A stretch of 64,000 nt of DNA, taken from Octopus vulgaris. Lineage: Eukaryota. The stretch spans positions 85,374,001 to 85,438,000 of the forward strand of contig OX597820.1 of assembly GCA_951406725.2 (NCBI GenBank), read 5' to 3'. Under the pieces are notes generated by a model, which searched no databases, was not told the origin of the DNA, and was given only the letters and a program-made list of their open reading frames with translations. Made by a program: the position numbers and the translations under genes. Below, in pieces: positions 13,412 to 27,803 of the stretch (within the stretch, counting starts at the first letter, position 1; the number at the start of each line of letters is the position of its first letter).

Positions 13412-13869
13412 GATTATCCACTCTAGGTTGTCCATCTATCATGTGTCCTTACTAGAGGTAAGATAAAATTTGTTTATATTCGTTGCCAGTATACATTTAG
13501 TGAATCTTTCTATAGCGTCGTACGGTTATCGAATGCTATTTACAGCAAACATCGGTGCCTTGTTGTACCACTATTTTCACCCCCACCCCACACACACACA
13601 TATATATATATATATTTAATGTGTATATTTATGTATATATATAGGCATATATATGTGTGTGAGTACATATGAATATATGTGTTTGTGTCTGTATATAATT
13701 ATGTATGTATGTATGTGTGTATGCATATACCTATGTACGTGAGTGCGTGCATGCACATGAATGTGTACATGCTCCCCATGTTCGGCTGAATTTGGCAGTC
13801 TGCATAAATGAAAAGAAAACAGGGTACACCATAACCCTTTCAAAAATGAAAGTGTTCTAAAAAATCTTA

Positions 13870-14495
13870 AAATTTCAAACACTCCCTACACGTAGTAATC
13901 CATGGGATTATACTCAGGGCAATCAGATGATCTAAATTGGGACTGATGAAGTCATGGGGATTCTCTGAAAACTATTCGAACATTTCTGACACTTTGTCGC
14001 AGAGATGACAATGTTCCTCCCACATATATGAGCACGTACTAGCAGCAACTCTCTGCAACCAAGGTTTGACCACAGACCTCACCAGCTTCACATATCCATC
14101 TAAGTTGAGTCTAAGGCCCTCTTCATTCTTGGTTCGATGAACTCCCACATGCGAGCACAGCAAGAATTCCGGTGATGTCCCTTCCTGTTGACGATAGCTT
14201 CGTAGTCTCCGTTGTAGCGATACATGTCACGTCTTATAGCCTTCACAGTGTTCACAGAACGTTGAGCAGTAGTTATGAAATTGGCATTTTCATATCTGGT
14301 GAAAATTATCCTGATACATGTAATACATTATCAATATTCACACGGCAACCAAACACTCATGTCAGCTAACTTTTACTCAACAGCAACTTTAATATTTATG
14401 CTCGCCAGCGCCGTTGACTTATCACCAATACATCAAATTGTTCCTGAAAAAAATAGATATAAAGAATAGTCAAATTTAGCCTGAGAATCCTATAT
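13870..14495 (-). mobile_element. Internally deleted Tc1/mariner (DD37D/maT-like) transposon remnant
   Basis: Minus strand encodes GLRLNLDGYVKLVRSVVKPWLQRVAA and ...PEYNPMDYYV*GVFE (SPDxNPxDYYVWG motif). Similar to 57793-58470. Confidence 0.65.
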
Positions 14496-14856
14496 ATACC
14501 TCTTTGCCTGCGATTATGTCTATGTGTGTGTAAGTATAAAAGCACCTACTACATTCACATACGTATGTCTTCAGCAATATAGAATACTGAAATGGATTTC
14601 CAATATTTAGTGTCAAACAATGTTGGACTCAGGTGAATATGTATAATATTCGTGAGGTTTTCTATGTTGTTGATGATAATAAGGATGATGATGATGACGA
14701 GGACAATGACGCTGATGATGTTGATGCTGCTGTTGGTGGTGCTGGTGGCAGCGCCGGTAATAGCAGTTGTAGTTGTGGTGGTAATGATGACAGTAGAGTA
14801 GTATAAAAACCATTTCCCCAAAGAGAAAAATCCAAATACTACATACAGACATACAT

Positions 14857-14863
14857 ACACACA

Positions 14864-14939
<76 letters not shown>

Positions 14940-14968
14940 CACACGGACACACACACACACACACACAC
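14857..14968. repeat. (CA)n microsatellite
   Basis: Direct reading. Confidence 0.95.
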
Positions 14969-15568
14969 ATATATTATTTTTTGGTTTTCAAAAATGAAAA
15001 GAGGAAAAAGCGGAATAAAAAATTATGTTGGATCCATTATTATTATAATATACCTATAGATGTTAAAAAATATATATATGTAAAACAGCTAATTCTTTAT
15101 TCTCGATGCTATTCCGGGATATATGAAAAAAGGAAAATAATGTTAAGTGAAAGACGACGATGTGCACTGCATAATGTGAACTTTAAACTAAATAAAAAAT
15201 ATCAGGTTTTATGAATTTTCTTGATTCTTTTATTCAAATATAGTTTTTAGGAAGAAATTTGAAGAAAAGTACAGCTAATACTGAGTTGATTTTGAGAATA
15301 TATATTAAGCTTCTGTCATCGTCAGAGAGACAGAAATATATATTCCCATACACATACACGTATAAACACACACATATACACAAAAATAGGTATATATATA
15401 TATTGGCAGGACACTTTCACATTGACAACATCGCACAAGCAAAATATTTTAGAATACACACACACACACGCATATAAATGCATATATACATATTTACCTA
15501 AATATATGCATACTTGCATACATGAATCCTTACAAAGGAGTATATATATGTGTGTGTATGTGTGTCTG

Positions 15569-15616
<48 letters not shown>

Positions 15617-17479
15617 AAGAAAGAAAGAAAGAAACACACAAAGAAAGAGAGAGTACGAAGGTGGATGAGATAAATAAATAGATAGATGCACGCATACACA
15701 CACAATTGACCATGTGCACATTCCATATGTGAGCTTATATATATGCATATATGTTTATATGTATGTATGATTGTGTGTATACATGTGTTTACACATATCT
15801 GTGGGCGTATATATATATATTTATAACTAAATATATACGAAAACAGAACAAAAATGGAACAAGAACGTAACATATATATATATATGTATATATATATACA
15901 GAGATATATAAGTATTATATAATTATACGTATGATTGTATGTATGTATATATATATATATATATGAAAAGAAAAAAAATATTCCATCTAAAATGATGATG
16001 GAAATGCCGTGATTTGGAAAGAAATAGTACTAATAATAGTAAGAATAATGACGACAAGATCAACAGCGGTAACAACAACAATAACAACAGCTCGATCTGA
16101 AATATATACGTATACTGATTTGCTCAAAATTCCGCCAAACAGACAGAAATATTTTTTTAGAAAACTTTGAAATGTAATCGATATTACATTTCTATACGGG
16201 TTATGAGTTGTATACTGCAAAGTTTAAAGAAGATGGGAGTGGTGGTGAGATAAAATAACAAAAATAATTTAAAGTATTGTCTACAAAAGCGTGGCAGAAA
16301 CCAAGAATGAATATACGGAAGTAGATTAATCATTTTTCTTTCAATTTTTGCTCTCGTCTCGGTGGGTTTCCATTTTTATTATTTCATCGAAATTTTAGTT
16401 TTCTTTAAAACAGTAAAGAAAAATGCATATACACCAGCTCACATCTGAACTTTGCCTACATCAATATATGTTTCAAATATGAAATTTAGTGTTTCTATTT
16501 ATATAAAGAAAGCTGCATAAATCATTGTCTGGAGGAGTCAGAGTTGAGGTAACTTACAATTGAGGAACACATATCTCAGAAACGCACGCATTGGTTATGG
16601 ATTGATAAAATGTTACTAATCAGCTGTATACAAATCTCTTATGTTTCAACGACAAATAAGCAAATATACCCGTTTCAATAATATAAAGTCAAATACACAA
16701 TGGTATTCAAATCGTAAGAAAAATATCTTCATTCTTCGAATCTCGGCATGCCAAACTGACGCTGCTCATATCGTTTTTGCTTGTTTACATAAATAACGAA
16801 TAAATAAATCTTAGTGCACCATTGATATTCTGTCGTACAACACACAATATGCAGCACTTAGAAGACCCTAATCATTTAATATAACCATAAGATTCTTTTT
16901 CTAAACTTAACTAGAGAAATATACAAAAATCAATATTGTTTTACATAGATATACTGATATATTTATGATTTTACATACATTTTTCCTCTGGTTTCAATTG
17001 CATTGTTAGTTAAATCTTATGTGCATATCTATAGTTAAATCTGCAAGCATTATCATTGTATGAACATGTATAATTCATGTCCAGGTGCCAGTCAGTTATA
17101 AATAAAATCATTACGCAAAGTAATAACTTAAAATATGAAAATAATGGTAAGTTATACATATTTGGAGTAAACAGAAAACAAGTATTTTGCCTCACAAGAG
17201 GAGTCTCTGTACAAATATATAAGCTTTTGTGTATTCCTAACTAGATAAACATTCTGAAAGCTATTTTTTGAAGTAATGCAACAATCTAGATGTTGTCGCT
17301 GAATATGATTGTAAGAGTGCCAAATTTATATTAAATGATGCCTATTGTTAAAAGAGAAGTAAAATGGAGTTCGAAATACAGTGTTGTAACTCGTACAATT
17401 GATGTCCATTTTCATTTGTATCTCTAAAAGATATTTTCATATCTGTTCAGAAAATAAACAAACTTCACTAAATATGCTA

Positions 17480-17990
<511 letters not shown>

Positions 17991-18881
17991 ACAGAGATGT
18001 TGTAGTTGCATTGCTGATTCTGAATGTGTGTGTGTGTGTGTGTGTGTGTGTTTATATATATATATACACATCGACATTCCTCCCTGTGTCTGTGAAATCG
18101 TGTATCCCTGCCGTAAGGCTTCATTTCCACATGCGCCAGCTTAATTTAATTCGTCCTTAGTCGAAAGACGCCTGTTGTTATTTCCTGTTATTACATATAT
18201 GAATGAATACTGAATGAGATGCGGAAAGCATTCATGAACACGAAACACAAATCTACGAATCTGTTTCGAAGTACTTGATCAAAGTGTAATAAACTGGATT
18301 GAAATGCTAAAGCCCAAGAAAGAATTATATTTTTTTGTATCTGCCTGTAGTAGAATATTGAAAGTACAATGGTAGTTTTCATTAATTTCGTTTATGGAAT
18401 TTGCAAAACTTATTTTATCCTCCTGATAAATTTAATTTCTCATCATTCATTTCCCTTTTATACTTGCTTTGTTTCCTTGTTTTTCCATTTCAAAGTGTCT
18501 CACTTAAATCTGACAATCTGTTTGTGTAAAGTTTGTAAATTTTGCGAATTTTGCAAATTTCGCAAAACTTTAAATCTTTTTTGTAAGTTTTCTTTGTATT
18601 TATTACTTCAATCATTTTTTTTTCTGTCATTCTCTCTAGGTATTTATTTAATCTTCCTGATGTTACTTGTAATTTTTCGTCGTTTGTGTCCAACACTACC
18701 TCCCCTGATGAGGGATATATTCAGTTAATATGAGATTTGTGGTTTTCTTGAAAGAAATACACTCGGTGCTTCGCTTTGATCGCTATTCAATTCGCTTAAT
18801 TCAAAGAATCTTCAGTTTTACTTATATTATATAACAGATATAGCGTATGTATACTGTTCTTAATAATTTCAAGATTTTTTA

Positions 18882-19070
18882 GGCAGCCTGGCAAAATGCT
18901 TGGAGACATTTCGCCTGTTTGCACGTTTTGAGTTCAAATTCCGCCAAGATTAACTTTCATTTACCTTTTGTCCCTTTCGACATTCGATATATCAGGTACC
19001 AGTTGAACACTGGGGATGTGGTAATCGACTAGCATCCTCCTGGCCTTATGCCAACATTTGAAACCAATAT
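18882..19070 (+). mobile_element. Decayed tRNA SINE copy
   Basis: B-box gagttcaaattccgcc, gtaccagttgaacactgggg core, and ggccttatgccaacatttgaaacc tail. Confidence 0.75.
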
Positions 19071-19085
19071 TTTCAGGAGTTTAAG

Positions 19086-19243
19086 ATGGTCAGCTGGCTG
19101 AATCATTAGCACACCGGGCGAAATACTTCGCGGCATTCCATCTCTCATTACGCTGATTTCGAATTCCACCGCGGTCGACTTTGCCTTTCATCATTTCACG
19201 GTCGATAAAATAAGGGCCTTCGGAACACTGGAGTCTATGTAAT
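19086..19243 (+). mobile_element. Decayed tRNA SINE copy
   Basis: agctggctgaatcattagcacaccgggcgaaa head and ggtcgactttgcctttcatc...gtcgataaaataag core. Confidence 0.8.
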
Positions 19244-20480
19244 GATACATGATTTTGTAGCTATATTTCTAACTTAATCTTTAAGTAAAGGAGAGAAAAT
19301 ACAACAGAGAGATAGCTCATGAAGGGTGTGAGAAGGAGCTACATGAAATTAGAAGATATTTGAGAGAAAGCTATACATTCCAAAAAAAGATTTGCAATCA
19401 TAATCTCAACTGTTACGTTACAAATTCACCCACTGATTTAGAAAAAAAAATCAAACTTAGAGAAAGTCGAGCATACATCTTCCTATGAATTCGTCTCTAT
19501 GGAAAGCTGTAAGACTCCATATACCTACCAGATAACATCCGTAAATGCTATGTATTTTATCAATGTGTTGAATGTACGTGAGTCTGTGTCTTCTCTTGTC
19601 ATTGTATGCGTTCTTCGTGTTTTGGCGTGTATCGGTTTATGTATATGTTTGAATCATTGTTTTTAATACATACGACCGTATCTGTATCTAAACGTTGCAT
19701 GTATGCGTGTGTGACTGTTATTTTCGCTATATATATTTGTGCCTTTGCATTCATTTTGTTTTCTTTGTTGTCAAAAATAGAGAATGATTTTGTGAAATGA
19801 TGTTGTATGGCAATGAAAGAAACAGTTTGCATTTTTTTTTTTATCCTAGCTGTCTACATGACATATTCGCTGGAAAATTTGCTGATACTGCGTCTTATGT
19901 TCCAATACACAGAGAATAAAACTTTTTAGCACGACAGTAAATTTCTTATGCTAAAAACAAGGAACAGACATAGAAATAAAACATTTGAACTTTAGTATAA
20001 CATAGAAAGATATACATTTTCGTGTGTATTTGTATGTGTGCGTGTATGCGTGTGTTTTTGTGTGTGTGGTTCTGTGTATGTGTGTGCTTGCATGTGTATG
20101 TGTATATCTGTATCCACGCATGTGAGTATAATGTGTACTTACGGTTATGATATGCTAGAGTTTACACTGTGTGCTCGCTTCTTTGCGACGTTTCTGTTCG
20201 TAATTTCTTAGTAATAAGAATATCAAATTTTCGAAAGGTGCAGATTTGAACACTCTGAATTTCTATGTTAGTATAATCAGTAACATTTTCTTTAAGTGTA
20301 CCATTATTAGTTTACATATAATGAAATTTAGTACTGTGACATTTCTCAGTACCCAGACTGTGGAATATAGTAAAGAGATATAATGAATGCTGCTGAACAG
20401 TTTTTGACGTTTCAACGAATCCGTCATTTCGAATATATTAACAACAGCAGCAACGGTAATTTTGCTCTTATTTTTGTTAA

Positions 20481-21330
20481 GTGTGTGCTGGCAAAATTAT
20501 TAGATAGTCGGAAAAAGCGTTTTCCCACTTTTCTTCCAGAATTTTAAAATCTGATTTGAAACTTGCTGGGGTCAATTGTGTATTTATTCACATCGGAGTC
20601 GATAAATAAACATAGAAATAAAGTGCCGGGGTCAATGTAATCAACACTCCAACTCAAACTAAAATAACTGATTTCGTGACATTAATGAAAACAATATTAC
20701 TGATTTCTAATTTTGGCACAAGGCCAGCAATTCTGGTGGTCGGGAGTCGATTATTTCGACTCCAGTACTCAGCTGGTACGCGGAAGGATGAAAAGCATAG
20801 TCAACCATTGCGGAATTTGAACTTAGAACGTAAGGATGGATGAAATGCCGCTAAGCATACTTCTCAGCACGCGAACGATTCTGCCAGCTCACCGCCTTAT
20901 ACATTATTATTACTACAGATGTTCTTAAGTCGGTGTGCTGGCATGATCGTTAGCGTCACGAATATTGCGTTATTTTTCAGCTCTTTACATTCTAAGCTCA
21001 AAGAATACCGAGTTTGATTCCACTTTCATTCTTACCATGAATATAAGTACCAATTAAGTCCTGTGGTCGACGAAACCAATTTGTTATACTTTGGTCAAGT
21101 AACAGTTAAGCCCTGGGGCTTGTACCAAAATCTGAAACCATTATTATTGTTGTTGTTAATAATGTGAGCTGACATAAATCTTTAGCACACGCGGCCAAAA
21201 TGCTTAGCAACATGTCGTCCATCTTGAGATTGTTAGTTCAAATTCCATTGATACTCTCTATGCGTTTGGGTCGATTAGAATGACTATACCCCTACCTCAA
21301 AAACCTTGTGACTATAGCAGAAAGGATTAT
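20481..21330. mobile_element. Cluster of at least four decayed SINE copies of one family (+,-,+,+)
   Basis: Copies at ~20481-20700 (+), 20702-20898 (-, best preserved, ends gattctgccagctcaccgcctt), 20927-21145 (+) and 21160-21330 (+). Each retains the gctggca...ttagc head and/or the gtcgat core. Confidence 0.7.
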
Positions 21331-21844
21331 TATTATTGCTGTTGCTGTTGATGATATTATTATTGCTGTTGCTACTTATAGTCGTTGTTGTTTTCATTGC
21401 ACATGGTTTATCATAATTTAAAAGGAGTAATTTTTACAAATTCAAATTGCATTATGTTTTATATTTTCTCCAATTTCTTTATTACGCTACATGTAGTTAT
21501 GTATTTTCTTACAGTTTCCGATGTGAATCTTTTAAAAATCTCCTTTCTAATATAGTAGTATTTCCAGAAGTAAGTATTTCAAATTTGTGGAAAATCATAA
21601 AAGAGATTTTTTGTACAAAATATATTTCTGCATCAATGTGTGCATATGCAGGCACGTGCGTGCACGAGTGTGCGTGTACTTATGCATATGTAAATACTCA
21701 TGAATTATATAAATTATGCCATGCACTTATATGAATATCCATTATCTTTATCTTACAATATAATAACTTTTTGATGAATGTATGACATGGTAGCTAATAT
21801 ATATATACTATATACGCAACTATACATGTGTGTGTGTGTATGTC

Positions 21845-21954
<110 letters not shown>

Positions 21955-22137
21955 CTCATTTTATATATCTATCCCACGTCTCCAAATAGAGGAACGTACC
22001 ACTTAATATTATAACTATCCCTTATTCTATTTCTGAATTCCAGTCGGTCGAAAGTTTCACAGAGGGTCAGCATGTAGAACCATTTGATTATCACCGCCCT
22101 CACTTTCTCCTTGTTTCTTTTTTTCGTTTTGAATTTC

Positions 22138-22257
22138 CACCCTGATGAAGTTTCGTAATTCAATTTGTTATAACTAATTACCTACAATGATAACTATCAT
22201 TACTATTGTTGTGGTGGTTAAACCCGAGAATCATGCTAACAGAAATAGCTGTAAGTC
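22138..22257 (+). mobile_element. PLE terminal-repeat-like segment with hammerhead boxes (stem I broken)
   Basis: cCTGATGAag (22142-48) ... aGAAAtagctgTAag (22242-55), the same boxes as 43807-43850 but with a long unresolved stem II. Confidence 0.5.
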
Positions 22258-22406
22258 TTTTTGTAATTAATTAATAAATGATAATTCATGTAATTCAGTT
22301 ATTATCCATTAATTGTAACTTCATTTTCTGTTTTCCTTTATATACATATACACAGACACACACACACGCAGGCACGTACGCACACACATATCTATCTATC
22401 TATCTC

Positions 22407-22444
<38 letters not shown>

Positions 22445-23320
22445 CGATGTGCATTCCCGCGCAGGAAAAAATAAAGGAGAATATGTTTTGTGGGTTTGAA
22501 AATGCACCTGGATATGAAAAACGTGTTGTTGTTTTAAATAGATTTATTCAAATAAATACCAAATAACTTCTAACAATGTTTTGTTTATCAATGAAACAAA
22601 TATTTATGAAACAAAAGTTTTAAATTACAGTTTAAAATTTTCAACATGGTTTAAAATTACAAAGTGGAAGTTGGAAAAACACCTTTAAAAGATCAAATGA
22701 TGAAATATTCACGTAAAATTCGAGGAGTCTCACACGGATAGATAATATCAAAGTAAATATTCACGAAGACCATAACAAAGGTGCATCATTAAAAGTTCAG
22801 GTATTTTGAGTTTTTGTAGAATACGTTGACAAGAGAGAAACAAAAAGGGAAGAGAGTTAAAAAAGTTTATTTTATAATTGCTGTCGTCGCGCGTATAGTT
22901 CTTTTAGGTATATATATGTATATATATATATGTATATGAATATATATATATATATTCTTGGAAAAGGATGCGTGGCGTTCGATCTTATAATAATGTAAGT
23001 AATATATAAATATATGCATATATACATACATATATGTACATACCTACATATATATGTATATATACATGAATATATGAGTACAGGACATCAAAAAATACGT
23101 TGACCACACAATGAGAAACGAAAACATAAAAACGAACTTTTTTCGAACAACGAAAAAAAACAAACAGAGAAACGAGACATACAACATGAGGAATATTCCC
23201 CTTCTTCAGTTGTCCCATATTCATCTACTCTGCGTTGCGAAGGCAAAGACAAGACGCAACTTCGTTGAAACAAGTCCGCCGCGCAAAGCAAATTAATCAA
23301 AATTCGCAAAAATTCCTAAA

Positions 23321-23382
<62 letters not shown>

Positions 23383-23554
23383 ATATATGTATGTATATAT
23401 GTATGTATGTATGTATGCATGTATGTATGTATGTGTGTATATACATATATGTAACAGTTTGACTCCTACCCTTAGCATGGCAGGTGTATATTTGGTACGC
23501 TATGCTTACGGCTACTAACGTTATTATTTTTTTGAATAGTAATGTTCTTTTATA

Positions 23555-24096
23555 CAGGACGGAGCATAAAGATATCCCATATTGTGAATAAAGAGAGAAC
23601 ATAAGCATCTTGGGAAATTTTTATTATCTTTCTGAAAATACATATATTGTAGTGGGTTTTAAACACTATATTGGCGAAATGACGGCTGTTTTTTGCAAAA
23701 CATTGATGCAGCCTCTCCTGGAAGTTCTCCATAACACCCCGTTTCGTCACACGTGATATTGCGTTAATTTATTCACGAATCCTTTCTTTCTAATCCTCAA
23801 GAGTTCGATAATGATGCCGGAAAGTATTTTCCTTATCCCCGAAGGAAAAAGTCACAAGTTCTTAAATCTGGTGATAACGCCACGTCTCCCCTCAATGTTT
23901 TTGATAAATTAATGATGAATTCGAAAATGATCAAACCTACAAAAAGAAAGAAGTTTTGGAGTAATTAATGATGAATATAAAAATGATGGATCTTCGCCTT
24001 CCAAATGAAATCTATCCCGCTTCTCTACTTCTACTTAAGTCCACAGGGTGCCTCCTCTCTCCTCCAAATGTGGAAGAACTTTATGCCCCCACCCTG
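23555..24096 (-). mobile_element. Internally deleted Tc1/mariner element (rosa/DD41D-like C-terminus) with TIRs
   Basis: TIRs caggacggagcataaag (23555) and ctttatgcccccaccctg (ends 24096), TA on both sides. Minus strand encodes SPDLRTCDFFL.G...VMENFQERLHQCFAKNSRHFANIVFKT. Confidence 0.75.
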
Positions 24097-24522
24097 TATA
24101 TATTTATAAATAATTTCATATAGTTCGTTTGTTTCAGTGGTCCTTAGGAACAGAAGCAAACACAGGCATAATAGGAGTGAAGCTTATTAACTGTTAATAG
24201 TAGATCCGGCGGAGGAGAATCGAGTGCATTTAGCGCTAAATTTGAAATTATGATATCAGATTGACTGATATTCCTTCTGCAACGTTCCCGGAGGTAAAAC
24301 GCAGTTCATATTCACTTCAATTTTTTCCTATCATTTTTGTATTAATTTAGTGATGCTTCTGTGGTTTCTGATTCCTATCTTTAGCAAAGCAGGTGTTTAT
24401 TTATTACCCTCTAATATATAAATATATTTTTATAGTGTATATATATTTATTAATTTTAATTTTGTGTATGCGGCTTTTATGCTTGCGGCCATTAACATTA
24501 TTACTTTTATGAATAATGTTTG

Positions 24523-24554
<32 letters not shown>

Positions 24555-25277
24555 TGTATGTATGTATGTATGTATGCGTGTGTGTGTATGAATATATGTA
24601 TTACAACATGGTGATTGAGAACAGGTCCAAAGACTAAAACTAATTTCATTTCAAGAAACAAAAAATTTCTCCAAATCGGACATAGCATCAAAGAAAGAGA
24701 AAGGGATAACTGTCTTGAAATAAGATAAGAGTCGTGACCCCATATTTTTCGATCACAGGCGTCATCACATAAGAATTTTCCTAACCAATCACCGGCAACC
24801 TTTGCACAGAGACATGTCAAAACAGAACTGTAGAATATATTTATGTGCTGGGTAATTCGCCAAAAAAAAATCATAAAGAAATAAACTAAGAGAAATACTG
24901 AATAATCATTAGTGCCATGTGCATACCCAACATGGACAAATATAAGTATATCAAATATCAGAAAACGTATTGCATATACTTCATTTCGATATATTTAATA
25001 AATCTGATTCCTGAGATTATCTCCCCTTCTCATCTGAAGCTCATCCCAATCGTTATTTGGTAACTGTCACAGATCACCAAGAAGCAGAGGAAATTTTAAT
25101 AAATCAAAAATTTATGCTATATGTTATTTAATATAAAGGTATGCGGATATGCATGTAAATGTTTAAGTCTCTAAGCATGCAGATATATACAGAAATGCAT
25201 AAGTTAAAGCAATTTTCTATATGTTTGTGCGTATGTGTGCGCGTGTGCATGCATAAATATGCAAATAAATACACGCA

Positions 25278-25316
<39 letters not shown>

Positions 25317-25669
25317 GCATATATATATATATATAGATATATCTTAAAATTATACACTACATTCAAGTCTAACTTAATTCCCATATTCTCGGATGCAAAA
25401 TTGTTCAAAACCTATATGTAATAATGGAGAATAATCACTTATAGATTCCATTCTAGCTAACATATGAAAAGACACATATATACCTAGATACACATCTACT
25501 TAGAATCGTACATAAACATACGCACGCGTTAGCACAAGCCTAGGGAGATGCATGCAGGAAGCACTTACAAACATAGATTAGGGCAAAACAAACTCTGCTC
25601 ACGATCACACAGATATATGCATCTGAAACACACATACACATTTATCTGCTTATACAGGAATATATGTAT

Positions 25670-25683
25670 ATATATATGTATAC

Positions 25684-25755
<72 letters not shown>

Positions 25756-25881
25756 CATATATATATATACGTACATATATATAAATATATATAAGTATAT
25801 ACAGTAGATGTATGCATATACGATTTAACACGCACACATAAATATATACTTATATACATACATATACATATATATATATAC

Positions 25882-25925
<44 letters not shown>

Positions 25926-26554
25926 CACACACGCACATATATGCAAACACATCATCATAGTTGCATATACAATAATTCATAATGGTGAATGAATATAAGA
26001 GAGGAATTATATATGCAAATTTTTTATATTCTCAGATATCAGAATCAGATATTATAATGTGGCATAGGAATATATTTCAAATTCAAATATAGAATGCTTA
26101 GTATATATGAAGCCCCACGTTTGCGTGAAAGGCATATAATGTATACAAAATAATGCATATTGTATGTGTGTGCATGTATGTATACATATATACAGTATAC
26201 ATTTACATATACTCTTATATATACATGCATAAACGTACATTTATTGAATTTCATATATAGATATATAAATACATATATAGAGACACATATATTTACATAT
26301 ACATACGTGTGTTTGATATATGTTGTAAAAATATATGTGCATGTACATGTGTTCACGTGTATATATATATATATGTGTGTATGTGTGTTTGTGTGTATTA
26401 TATGTACGGATTTGTTTATGAACATGCAATTTATACATTCATGTACTTACATGCACATATATATCTTATGAATAAATAATTGTAATATACCTAAATTCGT
26501 ATATAGATAGATGGATAAACAGATAAATAGAGAAAGTGTATATTTCTATATAAA

Positions 26555-26607
<53 letters not shown>

Positions 26608-26755
26608 TGTATGTGTTTGTGAGCACATATTTTGTTTTTATATACATATATATATAAGTACACACATAAATAAGTATACGTGCATAATTTCATAAGCATA
26701 TATGCGTCTATAAATCTGTGCATGCGTAAATATATATACATATATATATATATAT

Positions 26756-26835
<80 letters not shown>
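25670..26835. repeat. Extended degenerate (TA)/(CA) microsatellite field
   Basis: Multiple TA runs interspersed with degenerate TG/CA repeats. Confidence 0.85.
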
Positions 26836-26837
<2 letters not shown>

Positions 26838-27348
26838 CTGTACGTTCATTGTTTCTATATTTATGTCTATGCGTATTTCCCTATAAATCTAGTCTATGTG
26901 TATGAAAATATTATATGTATACTTGAGTCTATGAGTGTTCTTTGTTCGCGTCCCTATATCTATATCTGTACCCAAGCGTGTGTAGAGGCGTGGGCTGGTA
27001 TCGTTGCTATCTCATTACAAAACTACTTAGTAAGATAGTGTATCTTACTGTTGTATTTACTCCGTGCCAATGCAAAACATATATTGCCATTGAAATTCAA
27101 CACAGTCATATATAATATGAATCCATTTTATTTAATATTGCTTATAGTTTAGTACATTAAAATATATATGAAATCCTTGCATAATATTCTTCTCGCAAAT
27201 ATAATAACACTGGCAACATAATCGTGCACTTGCATGCAATTCGCCTGGTTTAATATGTAAATACCAACCATGATGGACTTTTTTCGTCATGTTTTGTATT
27301 TACCATATTTATTGCGGACCTGTGGGTTTACATCTACATATGAGTGCG

Positions 27349-27390
<42 letters not shown>

Positions 27391-27711
27391 GTGTGTGTGA
27401 GAGTATGTGTATGTATGGATACATAAATTTCATTGCGTTGAGGCGTACACATACTGACGTTCACAATAAGTCAATGTCTTATTGCATGCACTCGCACAAA
27501 TCGACATCTACAGCAGCATACATACAAATACACACACACATGCACATATATATGTATATATATGTATGTATATATATATATATATATTAAGCATATATAT
27601 ATATATACCGGAGTAAACACATAAATGTGAAACAAGGTGGAAAAAAGAGTACTCAAACACCAGTGGTAGAGTAATATGCTTTATTTTAAGCAGCAGAAAA
27701 TTCAACAAAAT

Positions 27712-27749
27712 CTGTTACTCTGAGTTTCTCGTTGCCGTTCATCGGACAG
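27712..27749 (-). ncRNA. Antisense-arm hammerhead copy with CCGATGA core variant
   Basis: Mirror image of 27766-27803, with U4 replaced by C. Confidence 0.65.
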
Positions 27750-27765
27750 TTTTTTCTAGCAAAAA

Positions 27766-27803
27766 CTGTCTGATGAACGGCAACGAGAAACTCAGAGTAA
27801 CAG
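27766..27803 (+). ncRNA. Minimal type-I hammerhead ribozyme motif
   Basis: ctgt-CTGATGA-a-cg-GCAA-cg-a-GAAA-ctcagag-TA-acag. Stem I ctgt/acag, short stem II with a GNRA loop, near-palindromic stem III; predicted cleavage after A27799. Confidence 0.75.

Noticed and set aside
24740-24810. CCAAT and CRE-like motifs as a promoter
   Set aside because: Short motifs are expected by chance, and there is no downstream gene evidence.
27029-27049. 9-bp hairpin agtaagata-gtg-tatcttact
   Set aside because: Short and AT-rich; plausible by chance in 64 kb.
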